Positions 1 through 7,526 of a stretch of 64,000 nucleotides of DNA are shown here, piece by piece (the stretch's first letter is position 1; the number at the start of each line of letters is the position of its first letter). The translations under genes were made by a program, and so were the position numbers. Under the pieces are notes generated by a model. The model did not search any database. It saw nothing but the letters and a program-made list of their open reading frames with translations, and was not told the DNA's origin. Where the stretch lies: positions 1 to 64,000 of the IMG/VR virus record IMGVR_UViG_3300029945_000001; one strand, written 5' to 3'.

Positions 1-3000
1 AGTTCCACGAATATCATTAATAACAGGATCTACTGATAAATAAGATTTAATAGCAACCTTACCAGAATCAGGAGTACATTCAGATAATACACCAACGCCG
101 TCTTCTGGATATGTTCTATCATCGACCATAAATGATTGAGCAGTTCTACCACCCTGCCCGGCATAAGTAACCGTTAACTTATCTTGAATTTCATGAATAG
201 GATTAATTTCATCAAATAACTGAACAGACTGATCATTAAGAATTTCATAAAAAACAGCATCTGGATTAATAGAGAATGATTTTTTATTAACTCGTTGATT
301 TCTATAAGTAGCATAACTACGAGCCATATGGTTATAAAGAACAGTTACCAATCTCTCATATCCACGAGTTCTTAGATTTCTCATAGAAGATGTCTGAATA
401 GCATAATCGTAAGATAACATTTCAGTTGCTTTAACCAATAAATTAAAGAAGTCTGTAGGCATATTCATCTTCTTTAAAGTATCTCTTGTAATAGTATCAA
501 TAAAGAAATCAAAGTTATCAGTAATACCTTTTAGATAGTTAACCTTTTCTCCATTATCTAACAACATAACGTAATAGGCATCTTTCTCATTTAAGTCTTT
601 TAATTCAAAGTTAGAAGTATTGTATTTTAAGAGTCCTGAAACAATTAAAGACTTTTCAATAGGATATCGATCAAACACTAAATATCCATCACTAAAGGGA
701 ACAATAATAGATGATAACTTATCTTTAGGAATATCTCTCTTTTCAGTATAAAAAGTATAGTCTATTTTAAGTTGTTTAAGAACTTGTGTAAGTCCATACT
801 GAAAGCCCATAATAAAAATAATAGGAAAGTTCTTATCTAGGATCTTTAATTCAGTCCACTCATGTACTACTTTAGGTAATGGCATTTTTCCTTTAAATTC
901 TGATACTAATATGTCAAGTATACAAGAGGAGTTTACTTCTGTATTTGTCTTCAAATCTATTTCATGAATAACATTATCAAAACCAAAGAATAATAAATTC
1001 TTATTTTTCATGCCGCAACAAACACCATACTTTTTCTCTAATGGAATGACTTTGTCTTTCTCTAGAATCTTTTTAACAAAATCAAATCTTTCTGTAAGAT
1101 CAAAGAATAACTGATAATTTGTTGTGATGAGTTGACTAAACTTATCAGCAACACATGTATATTCATACGGAAGTTTAGTAGGTGATTTCAATGCACCATA
1201 AACAATAGTTAGTCCTATTTTACTCTTATAAATATTGGCAATATAATTCTGAATAAATATTCTAAAACTATGAACCTTATGTTTATTTCTTTCAACAATA
1301 GTTTTGTTATAGTTAGAAGCTAGTGAAACTCTATTAGGAGCCACTTTACATATAGGAACATTAACTTCTTGTTTAATCATTCTCGACTTAATACCATTTG
1401 CTAACATAATACCATCATCACTTACTATTGGAAGTTTAAAGACAACTTTGTGTTTCTTACCTTCCATATCTTCATATGTAAACTTAAATCTCTTTACTCT
1501 ATTGATTCTAGAGATTTCTTCACTCTCTTCGATATCAGTTAAGAACAACCCAACACTATGAAAATGTAATGCAACATTAGCAATATCTTTATATAAATTT
1601 TCATTTATGTAATGTTCATCTAATTTAATAGCAGATGAAGATAACATAGATTCATCAAGTACATGATCCTTTAAGAAATTTAATTTATTTTTACTTATAG
1701 CAACATCTGGAGTTGCATCAATATGTTCAGATAATGATTTATTATTTAGTTTAACACCTTTATAAATCTGAGCAACTCTTTTTAATCTCTTTTGCTGAGC
1801 TTCAGAAAGATTAGGATAATTATTAATATAATCAACTGCTTGATTGTCGATGATAGAAGAAGGAATATTATCACTTAATTCTTGAACTTCAATATCTTTA
1901 CCTTGTACTTTAATAGCATTACGAATAATAACAAGATAGTGATTATACTTAATAGTTTTTTCTTTGTCTTTTGAAACAGGTATAAGCCAGGTATACCAGC
2001 GTTCTAGCGCATGTAAGTTTAAATATCTAATTCCAGTTTCTGATGTTAGGACATCATCTTCGCTATTCAGAATAATCTTCTTTATAGTCTTTTCACCAAA
2101 GAAAATTTCAAACCGATTTGCTTTAATAAAAGTATCTTTAGAAAGTGAATTATTTGATCTCTTCTCTTTTAATAAATGTTCTATAAACTTAATAAATTTT
2201 TCACTTTCATCACTGGAATGAATATCAAGATCGTTTGTAGTATCGATAAGGTTATGCATAACCATAGCACCACTAGAGCATATTACTAGCTTCTCTAAAC
2301 TATCTTTATTAAATATTTTCATCTTCTTAATAATATCTACTCTTGTCATAGGTTTATTTGTTAATAAATCTAATTCATCATCGTCTTCAATATCAATTAT
2401 TTGTTGTTCGTCTTGATTTTCTTCTTTTAATGTTTCTAATTCAGTCAAGTTATCAATATCTATCAATTTAATAAGTTTGTTAGTATTTGCTTTTAAACTA
2501 CTAACATTTTGATCTTTAGGAATATCATTTTTATCTTCATCTGTTATTTCTGTATGTTCTGTAATATCATTATCTTCAGTATCGTCATCTTCTCTACCTT
2601 GAGTTTCAACAATCTTATCGTAGCCATGTTCGTCTAAGTTATCAGTATCTATATTCATATGTCCGGCTAATTGTAGATTTGTAATATGTTTCATAACACT
2701 TAGCATCATTGATGTATCTTTAACTTTATCAAACATATGTCTCATATCACCAAGATTATAAATAATGGCTTTATCACCAGCTGTTAAAATAATATTTGTT
2801 CTGTCTAATTCTGGTACTGTCAATTCATTAAATAAAGAAGTAGCATTAACAAATTCATCTTTTTCTTTTACTCTAGAAACAAAGTTAAATAAGTGGATTA
2901 AGAAGTAATAGGTAAAGTCTTTACAATTCTTGAATTTAAGATTTTGATAATTAATTTCTTTCATAGTTGTTGTAAATGAAGATCTCTTATAAATGATAGA

Positions 3001-3594
3001 AGAAATCGGAATATGAATATAGTGAAGTTTGTGATCAATCTTAACAGTTGTATCTAAGATAGTTTTTAAAATAGCTTCAAATGTTCTATATCCTTGTAGT
3101 TTTCCACCAATAGGTTGTGCTGTTGTAATAGCATTATAATTAACAATAGGAAGAACATTACTTTTATTGAGCATAGATGCTAACATACTTGATCTTTTAA
3201 CATTATGATGTTTCTTAAAGAAGTTTTGAATCTCTGATGTAAAAGATTGAGGTCTATACTTTAAGTTATCATCAATAAAGAATCTAGACTCTTTTTCTGG
3301 TAAAGCTAACTGATTCCATAAATAAAGAGTAAATTTCTCATTTTTAATAAATGTATCATTTAGATCTGGAGATATGGTTAAGTGTTTATTCTGTAAAAAT
3401 TGGTCAACGACATGATAAACTGAATTATTAGGAAGTTGTAAGTTTTCAACTCTAACTAATAAGTTAGGAATATTAGATCTTTTCCATGTTGTATATTTAG
3501 TTTTAAACTGTTGAAAAACAAATTTTTCAAGAGCAGCTTCTTCATTGAAAGTTACAATACCACCATCCTCTGTTTGAAATGTATATGGCTCCAT
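1..3594 (-). CDS. rpoB: Virion RNA polymerase beta subunit, N-terminal part (phiKZ gp178-like); runs off the left edge
   Basis: Not in the ORF track. I translated both ends by hand and they share a frame. ATG at 3594 with AGGA RBS gives MEPYTFQTEDGG. The left edge reads DEINPIHEIQDKLTVTYAGQGGRTAQSF...VLSECTPDSGKVAIKSYL, matching the beta NP..GPGG..ETPEG region. Position near the beta'N and gp181-like genes fits phiKZ. Confidence 0.88.
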   Translation of the reverse strand, partial: MEPYTFQTEDGGIVTFNEEAALEKFVFQQFKTKYTTWKRSNIPNLLVRVENLQLPNNSVYHVVDQFLQNKHLTISPDLNDTFIKNEKFTLYLWNQLALPEKESRFFIDDNLKYRPQSFTSEIQNFFKKHHNVKRSSMLASMLNKSNVLPIVNYNAITTAQPIGGKLQGYRTFEAILKTILDTTVKIDHKLHYIHIPISSIIYKRSSFTTTMKEINYQNLKFKNCKDFTYYFLIHLFNFVSRVKEKDEFVNATSLFNELTVPELDRTNIILTAGDKAIIYNLGDMRHMFDKVKDTSMMLSVMKHITNLQLAGHMNIDTDNLDEHGYDKIVETQGREDDDTEDNDITEHTEITDEDKNDIPKDQNVSSLKANTNKLIKLIDIDNLTELETLKEENQDEQQIIDIEDDDELDLLTNKPMTRVDIIKKMKIFNKDSLEKLVICSSGAMVMHNLIDTTNDLDIHSSDESEKFIKFIEHLLKEKRSNNSLSKDTFIKANRFEIFFGEKTIKKIILNSEDDVLTSETGIRYLNLHALERWYTWLIPVSKDKEKTIKYNHYLVIIRNAIKVQGKDIEVQELSDNIPSSIIDNQAVDYINNYPNLSEAQQKRLKRVAQIYKGVKLNNKSLSEHIDATPDVAISKNKLNFLKDHVLDESMLSSSAIKLDEHYINENLYKDIANVALHFHSVGLFLTDIEESEEISRINRVKRFKFTYEDMEGKKHKVVFKLPIVSDDGIMLANGIKSRMIKQEVNVPICKVAPNRVSLASNYNKTIVERNKHKVHSFRIFIQNYIANIYKSKIGLTIVYGALKSPTKLPYEYTCVADKFSQLITTNYQLFFDLTERFDFVKKILEKDKVIPLEKKYGVCCGMKNKNLLFFGFDNVIHEIDLKTNTEVNSSCILDILVSEFKGKMPLPKVVHEWTELKILDKNFPIIFIMGFQYGLTQVLKQLKIDYTFYTEKRDIPKDKLSSIIVPFSDGYLVFDRYPIEKSLIVSGLLKYNTSNFELKDLNEKDAYYVMLLDNGEKVNYLKGITDNFDFFIDTITRDTLKKMNMPTDFFNLLVKATEMLSYDYAIQTSSMRNLRTRGYERLVTVLYNHMARSYATYRNQRVNKKSFSINPDAVFYEILNDQSVQLFDEINPIHEIQDKLTVTYAGQGGRTAQSFMVDDRTYPEDGVGVLSECTPDSGKVAIKSYLSVDPVINDIRGT

Positions 3595-3730
3595 TACAAC
3601 ATCCTATTTTGTAGTTCTAAATTATGGTAAATTTTATTAAATCAAAATTTCTTTAATATAAGTTAAAAATCTTTAAAGATTATATATTTTATGGTTTACT
3701 TTAGGCCTTTTCTACTGAAAGGATCTAGAT

Positions 3731-3871
3731 ATGGATACTTTTGATATTCTATTTATAATTAGTTTTATTATATGTTTTATAATCTTTTTATCTTTTGTCT
3801 TTAAACTACCAAAAGAAAAATCATTGTCAACAAAATATACTCAAATTAAAAATGTTAAATACTTTTTCTGA
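3731..3871 (+). CDS. Small membrane protein, 46 aa (MDTFDILFIISFIICFIIFLSFVFKLPKEK...)
   Basis: Hand-translated. AAAGGA RBS, one hydrophobic helix then a basic tail; stop lies just before a palindrome. Confidence 0.55.
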   Translation: MDTFDILFIISFIICFIIFLSFVFKLPKEKSLSTKYTQIKNVKYFF

Positions 3872-3875
3872 TCAT

Positions 3876-3907
3876 AACTACAGTAGGGCATATGCCCTAC
3901 TGTAGTT
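3876..3907. terminator. Perfect 32-bp palindrome AACTACAGTAGGGCAT|ATGCCCTACTGTAGTT
   Basis: Exact inverted repeat immediately after a stop codon. Confidence 0.75.
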
Positions 3908-3923
3908 TAAATCTATTGAAATA

Positions 3924-3931
3924 TATATTAC
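3924..3931 (+). promoter_or_regulatory. phiKZ-type early (vRNAP) promoter core TATATTAC
   Basis: Context AAATATATATTACTATATTG; the same context recurs at 4705, 30823, 47581 and 53241, each upstream of a gene. Confidence 0.7.
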
Positions 3932-3984
3932 TATATTGACTTAAGGATGCATTAAGTATCCATTCTCTTTTGCTGAGGTTTACC

Positions 3985-4350
3985 ATGACTTATTTTCCTC
4001 TTGTTGTTGCTAGATTCTTTACGATCACTCTTGACAAGGATGTTCTCGAACATACCAAGACTTACGAACATGAAAAAGAGACATACGAGTTCATCGTGAA
4101 GTGGACTGGCCTGACTCCGACCTGGAAAGTCGTCGCGCAGTTTAACTGCTTGATCAGAAATCTTGGAGGTTGGGCTCCCCTGACTTTCCTGTCGCTGATC
4201 GGCTTATCAGTCGAATATGGGTTTAACTCCAAGCTGTTCCTGGCGGCCCCCGTGGCGCTTAGTTTCGATCTGGTGGTGCTTCTTACCAGCATTATCCAGA
4301 AACTGAGCAATCCCATTTTTGGGCTTCTTTATAAGGAGGAACATATCTGA
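3985..4350 (+). CDS. Early hypothetical membrane protein (~121 aa)
   Basis: GAGGT RBS before ATG 3985; two C-terminal hydrophobic segments; GC-richer codons than core genes. Confidence 0.7.
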   Translation: MTYFPLVVARFFTITLDKDVLEHTKTYEHEKETYEFIVKWTGLTPTWKVVAQFNCLIRNLGGWAPLTFLSLIGLSVEYGFNSKLFLAAPVALSFDLVVLLTSIIQKLSNPIFGLLYKEEHI

Positions 4351-4357
4351 AAGGGAT

Positions 4358-4639
4358 ATGAACATGGACGAAAGCAATCTTGTTCCAAAACTGAGGTTCG
4401 AGTTCAATCTACTGATCCTGATGAGAGATAAAGATATACATGAAAATCAGGAACGGATGATCGGACTTCAGAACATTCTCATGAAATCTACTGCTTTTCC
4501 GAATAGCAGTGATGGCATCGTCTTCAAGGAGAACATCATTTCGGAAAACGAGCGCGAGTTCATTCTTGATATCATCGTCAAGAACACGCAGTTCAAGCTA
4601 TATAGAAAGATGGGACTAGTTTCTGTTGTGTTTATATAA
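4358..4639 (+). CDS. Early hypothetical protein (~93 aa)
   Basis: AAGGGA RBS before ATG 4358; followed by a hairpin. Confidence 0.6.
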   Translation: MNMDESNLVPKLRFEFNLLILMRDKDIHENQERMIGLQNILMKSTAFPNSSDGIVFKENIISENEREFILDIIVKNTQFKLYRKMGLVSVVFI

Positions 4640-4650
4640 GTGGAAACTAT

Positions 4651-4675
4651 GGGGGAGAGCATCATGCTCTCCCCC
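4651..4675 (+). terminator. Hairpin GGGGGAGAGCAT-C-ATGCTCTCCCCC with downstream T-rich tract
   Basis: 12-bp arms; T-rich sequence follows. Confidence 0.75.
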
Positions 4676-4704
4676 TTAATATCTTTTCTTTTTTATTTGA
4701 GATA

Positions 4705-4712
4705 TATATTAC
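4705..4712 (+). promoter_or_regulatory. Early promoter core TATATTAC
   Basis: AGATATATATTACTTATTTG upstream of the ORF at 4760. Confidence 0.65.
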
Positions 4713-4759
4713 TTATTTGAAAGTTTTAACCCTATCTAATGTATGATTAGGAGAGAGAA

Positions 4760-4861
4760 ATGAAGGCCGATAAAGCAAATCTCGAAGGTGTTGTTTATCT
4801 CGCCTTCGCTATGTTCGGAATGATAGTAATCATGGTGCTCGCATATACTCCGGCACAATGA
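4760..4861 (+). CDS. 33-aa single-helix membrane peptide (MKADKANLEGVVYLAFAMFGMIVIMVLAYTPAQ)
   Basis: Hand-translated. AGGAG RBS, own promoter, ends before a palindrome. Confidence 0.6.
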   Translation: MKADKANLEGVVYLAFAMFGMIVIMVLAYTPAQ

Positions 4862-4870
4862 TCATTAACT

Positions 4871-4900
4871 CTAGGGTGAGTTCATATGAACTCACCCTAG
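4871..4900. terminator. Perfect 30-bp palindrome CTAGGGTGAGTTCAT|ATGAACTCACCCTAG
   Basis: Exact inverted repeat. Confidence 0.7.
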
Positions 4901-4918
4901 TATGTGGAGAATAATCAC

Positions 4919-5044
4919 GTGGCAAAAATATTTCTTTGTAAGAAACATGGATGTGGGCACGAACTAACCAGTATTAAAGATAACGAAGTCTGTGACTGGT
5001 GTGGCTCGCCCATGGAGAAAATTGCTGCAATATTCGGCGTGTGA
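4919..5044 (+). CDS. 41-aa zinc-ribbon protein (MAKIFLCKKHGCGHELTSIKDNEVCDWCGSPMEKIAAIFGV)
   Basis: Hand-translated. GGAG RBS, GTG start, Cx4C...CxxC pattern. Confidence 0.65.
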   Translation: MAKIFLCKKHGCGHELTSIKDNEVCDWCGSPMEKIAAIFGV

Positions 5045-5047
5045 ATA

Positions 5048-5079
5048 AGAGAGGGAGTGGCATATGCCACTCCCTCTCT
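5048..5079. terminator. Perfect 32-bp palindrome AGAGAGGGAGTGGCAT|ATGCCACTCCCTCTCT, between convergent genes
   Basis: Exact inverted repeat; T-tract follows on the + strand. Confidence 0.75.
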
Positions 5080-5094
5080 CACCTTTTATTTTTT

Positions 5095-5370
5095 CTATAA
5101 ATCAAGATGTTCTGATAGAGTACAATATCCAATACTTTCATTAGTAACATTTCTTCTAATATTAACAAGTTCGCAACAATTATTATTTATAACAGTTTGT
5201 CCATCATACATAATAATTTCATCATTACAATATTTTTTAATATTTGTAATAATCACCATAGCATTAGGGACGTGATTTTTAAAAATAGGATCATTGATCT
5301 GACACATTGTAACGTCACCAATTTTCAAAGACTTTGAAAAAGTTTGTATTTGTGACATTTCAAATGACAT
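5095..5370 (-). CDS. Hypothetical protein, last gene of the radical SAM operon
   Basis: Starts 6 nt after the rSAM stop; 5 Cys; ends at a terminator. Confidence 0.6.
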   Translation of the reverse strand: MSFEMSQIQTFSKSLKIGDVTMCQINDPIFKNHVPNAMVIITNIKKYCNDEIIMYDGQTVINNNCCELVNIRRNVTNESIGYCTLSEHLDL

Positions 5371-5376
5371 CCTATT

Positions 5377-6672
5377 TTAGACTGGGAGTTTAAATTTATC
5401 TACAGAAAGGCCAAAAATGTTTTTTCTACTTTCTGGCAAAGTATCAGAACATATATAAAGAGGTACATAACCAGTTTGTGATTCAAATGCAACAGCAAAT
5501 AAAGGAATAAGATTTGTATAAGACATTTCGCAGGATGAAGCAAATAACTCATCTTGAATAAAGAAACAACTTCCTCTACATGTAGATAACACAGGACAAT
5601 CTTTACAATTCTCTCGTCTAGACCAATGTGTACCAGTATTTAATTTTACTTCATCGAGTTTTGTAATATCACCGATTTTATGAGATTCACCATTCTGAGC
5701 TATGGTATTAGCAGATGTATTTTGACATGTCAATATATCCCCATTCATATTAACAACGAGAACATTTTCTGCATCTAAACCACAACCTTGTGGATCATTA
5801 ACATGACTTTCAACATTAAAATGGGAAGTCATAACATTTTTTTGATTTGGTAATCTATCAAATAAACCAGGATTTTGTTTAAACTCTAACCAGTTATATA
5901 GACGTAAACTTTGCATTTCTTCATGAGTGAAATTAATCGAATCTTTACTATCATCAGAATAAGCAACAACATATCCCATTTCCGAGAAATTGATGATATC
6001 TCTCTTAGGAAATTTATTCATAAAGAATTCAATAATTTTTGATCTAGAGTAATTTTGTTTATTAAGAACAGATCCGAAACAGAATCTACCTTTGAATTTT
6101 TCCAAAATATAGTCGATAACTTCATAGTTAGTATCTAATGGATCATCACCACGGACGTGTTGTCCAGGGCCATCGTGAGACATAGACATGGTAAATCCAT
6201 TATCAAATAGAAAGTCAGCAATTTCTTTTGTAAGAAGACTACCATTAGTAATAATACCAAAATTAGTTTTTGGCATAAGCGGTCTTAGTTTTTCAATAAG
6301 AGGTTTTAATTTTTTCCAATAAACTAATGGTTCTCCGCCCCAAAACTGTAATTTCCTAATACCACTTAAATCTACATTATCTATTAATTTATTAACAAAT
6401 TCATCAACATCGTACTTATCTTTTGTTTCAGAGTGCGCTAAGAATTTCTGAGAACAATAACTACAATTGAAATTACAAGAAATGCCGAGCTGAATTTTCA
6501 TGAAATAAGGAGTTCTTGATTTCTTACACGGAGTTTCTTTAGATACACTAAACGGAACTATAACTTCTGTAGATTCAATTTCCTTAGCTGAAATTCTATT
6601 CGTAAGACTATCAAAATAAAAATACTTTTGTTCTTCAGTTTCCCAATCTTCACAAAGAATTTTATAAATCAT
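5377..6672 (-). CDS. Radical SAM enzyme with SPASM domain (peptide/protein maturase class)
   Basis: CNFNCSYC (CxxxCxxC), FWGGEPL, ITNGSLL, SHDG. SPASM cysteines CGLD..VNMNGDILTC and CKDCPVLSTCRGSC...C. GAGGAG RBS favours ATG 6672 over 6711. Confidence 0.92.
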   Translation of the reverse strand: MIYKILCEDWETEEQKYFYFDSLTNRISAKEIESTEVIVPFSVSKETPCKKSRTPYFMKIQLGISCNFNCSYCSQKFLAHSETKDKYDVDEFVNKLIDNVDLSGIRKLQFWGGEPLVYWKKLKPLIEKLRPLMPKTNFGIITNGSLLTKEIADFLFDNGFTMSMSHDGPGQHVRGDDPLDTNYEVIDYILEKFKGRFCFGSVLNKQNYSRSKIIEFFMNKFPKRDIINFSEMGYVVAYSDDSKDSINFTHEEMQSLRLYNWLEFKQNPGLFDRLPNQKNVMTSHFNVESHVNDPQGCGLDAENVLVVNMNGDILTCQNTSANTIAQNGESHKIGDITKLDEVKLNTGTHWSRRENCKDCPVLSTCRGSCFFIQDELFASSCEMSYTNLIPLFAVAFESQTGYVPLYICSDTLPESRKNIFGLSVDKFKLPV

Positions 6673-6688
6673 TGTACTTTTCTCCTCA

Positions 6689-7216
6689 TCAGTCACCGGA
6701 ACCGGCACCATTAGACAAGTCTACGATCGAACAATTACAGTTACAATTGTATTGACAATTACAATTACAATTACAATCGGCTTGTATACCAGTTGTATGA
6801 CTATAAGCACACTGGTTTGTACCCATTGGAGTACAAGCACAATTACATTGTACCATATCCTCATTATAAATCCAATTTAAACCATCATAACAAGCATCGT
6901 AAGTAATAACAATTCCGCATTGAGAACCATCAAGTTTATAATAATTAGGACTACTAAAATTACACACAGATTCTTGCACACACTGTCCAGTAGAAGCACA
7001 ATTTGTTGTAGTAGAAGTCGCTGTTCTTGTAATACTATTTTGAGAAGAAACAGGAGTAAAATAATTATATCCTCTTAAAGATTGTAACCCGTTTGCCATT
7101 CCATAAGGAGTATTTGCTTTAATAGTTGCCATACTCAATGTAGCATTAGAAGCGTTACCCATTAATACATCTATATCAGAAAAATTAATAGCACCAGATG
7201 TAGGAATATTTGTCAT
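6689..7216 (-). CDS. Cys-rich protein with (CN)n tail; putative radical SAM substrate
   Basis: 16 Cys, all in the C-terminal ~100 aa, ending DCNCNCNCQYNCNCNC; N-terminal IPTSGAINFSDI motif; directly upstream of the rSAM gene. Confidence 0.75.
   Translation of the reverse strand: MTNIPTSGAINFSDIDVLMGNASNATLSMATIKANTPYGMANGLQSLRGYNYFTPVSSQNSITRTATSTTTNCASTGQCVQESVCNFSSPNYYKLDGSQCGIVITYDACYDGLNWIYNEDMVQCNCACTPMGTNQCAYSHTTGIQADCNCNCNCQYNCNCNCSIVDLSNGAGSGD
6731..6775. repeat. ACAATT hexamer tandem repeat encoding Cys-Asn
   Basis: acaattacagttacaattgtattgacaattacaattacaattaca. Confidence 0.8.
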
Positions 7217-7509
7217 TGTTGATTACTCGTCAAATAAAGTAACAGATCATTTATGTCTGTACTGCCAGTTTCTATTCTTAATTTAATAAGATCTATGATT
7301 TCTCCTGTTGTATCAGATTTAATTTGTGTAGCAAGTTCTGTGGCATAAGTCGTTAACGTATCATTAAAAAATCCATAAATATCTTGTTCTGTTAATATAG
7401 TAGTTTCTATAGTACTTTTACCTGTTGTATCAGCAGCAACTAATTTAGTTTTATAGGCAGTAATAGCTGTTGTTATCTGATCATTTGTAAAACTGGACGC
7501 AATGGGCAT
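7213..7509 (-). CDS. 98-aa Thr-rich hypothetical protein, first gene of the rSAM operon
   Basis: AGGAG/AAGGA RBS; ATGA overlap with the Cys-rich gene. Confidence 0.7.
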   Translation of the reverse strand: MPIASSFTNDQITTAITAYKTKLVAADTTGKSTIETTILTEQDIYGFFNDTLTTYATELATQIKSDTTGEIIDLIKLRIETGSTDINDLLLYLTSNQQ

Positions 7510-7526
7510 TCCTTTTCTCTCCTATA

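Noticed and set aside
1964-2221. 85-aa plus-strand ORF
   Set aside because: Antisense shadow inside the vRNAP betaN gene, which the track missed because it runs off the edge.
3870-5080. Regularly spaced palindromes as a CRISPR array or integron attC array
   Set aside because: The arms differ in sequence, the intervals are genes with RBSs, I saw no consistent attC core sites, and no cas or integrase gene is in the window.
5377-6672. rSAM as anaerobic sulfatase maturase, NrdG activase or QueE (DNA modification)
   Set aside because: No sulfatase, NrdD or queuosine-pathway genes are nearby, and length plus SPASM domain do not fit NrdG or QueE. A substrate encoded elsewhere cannot be excluded.
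6673-6711. Overlap between the Cys-rich gene and the rSAM gene
   Set aside because: A GAGGAG RBS supports the downstream ATG at 6672, which removes the overlap.
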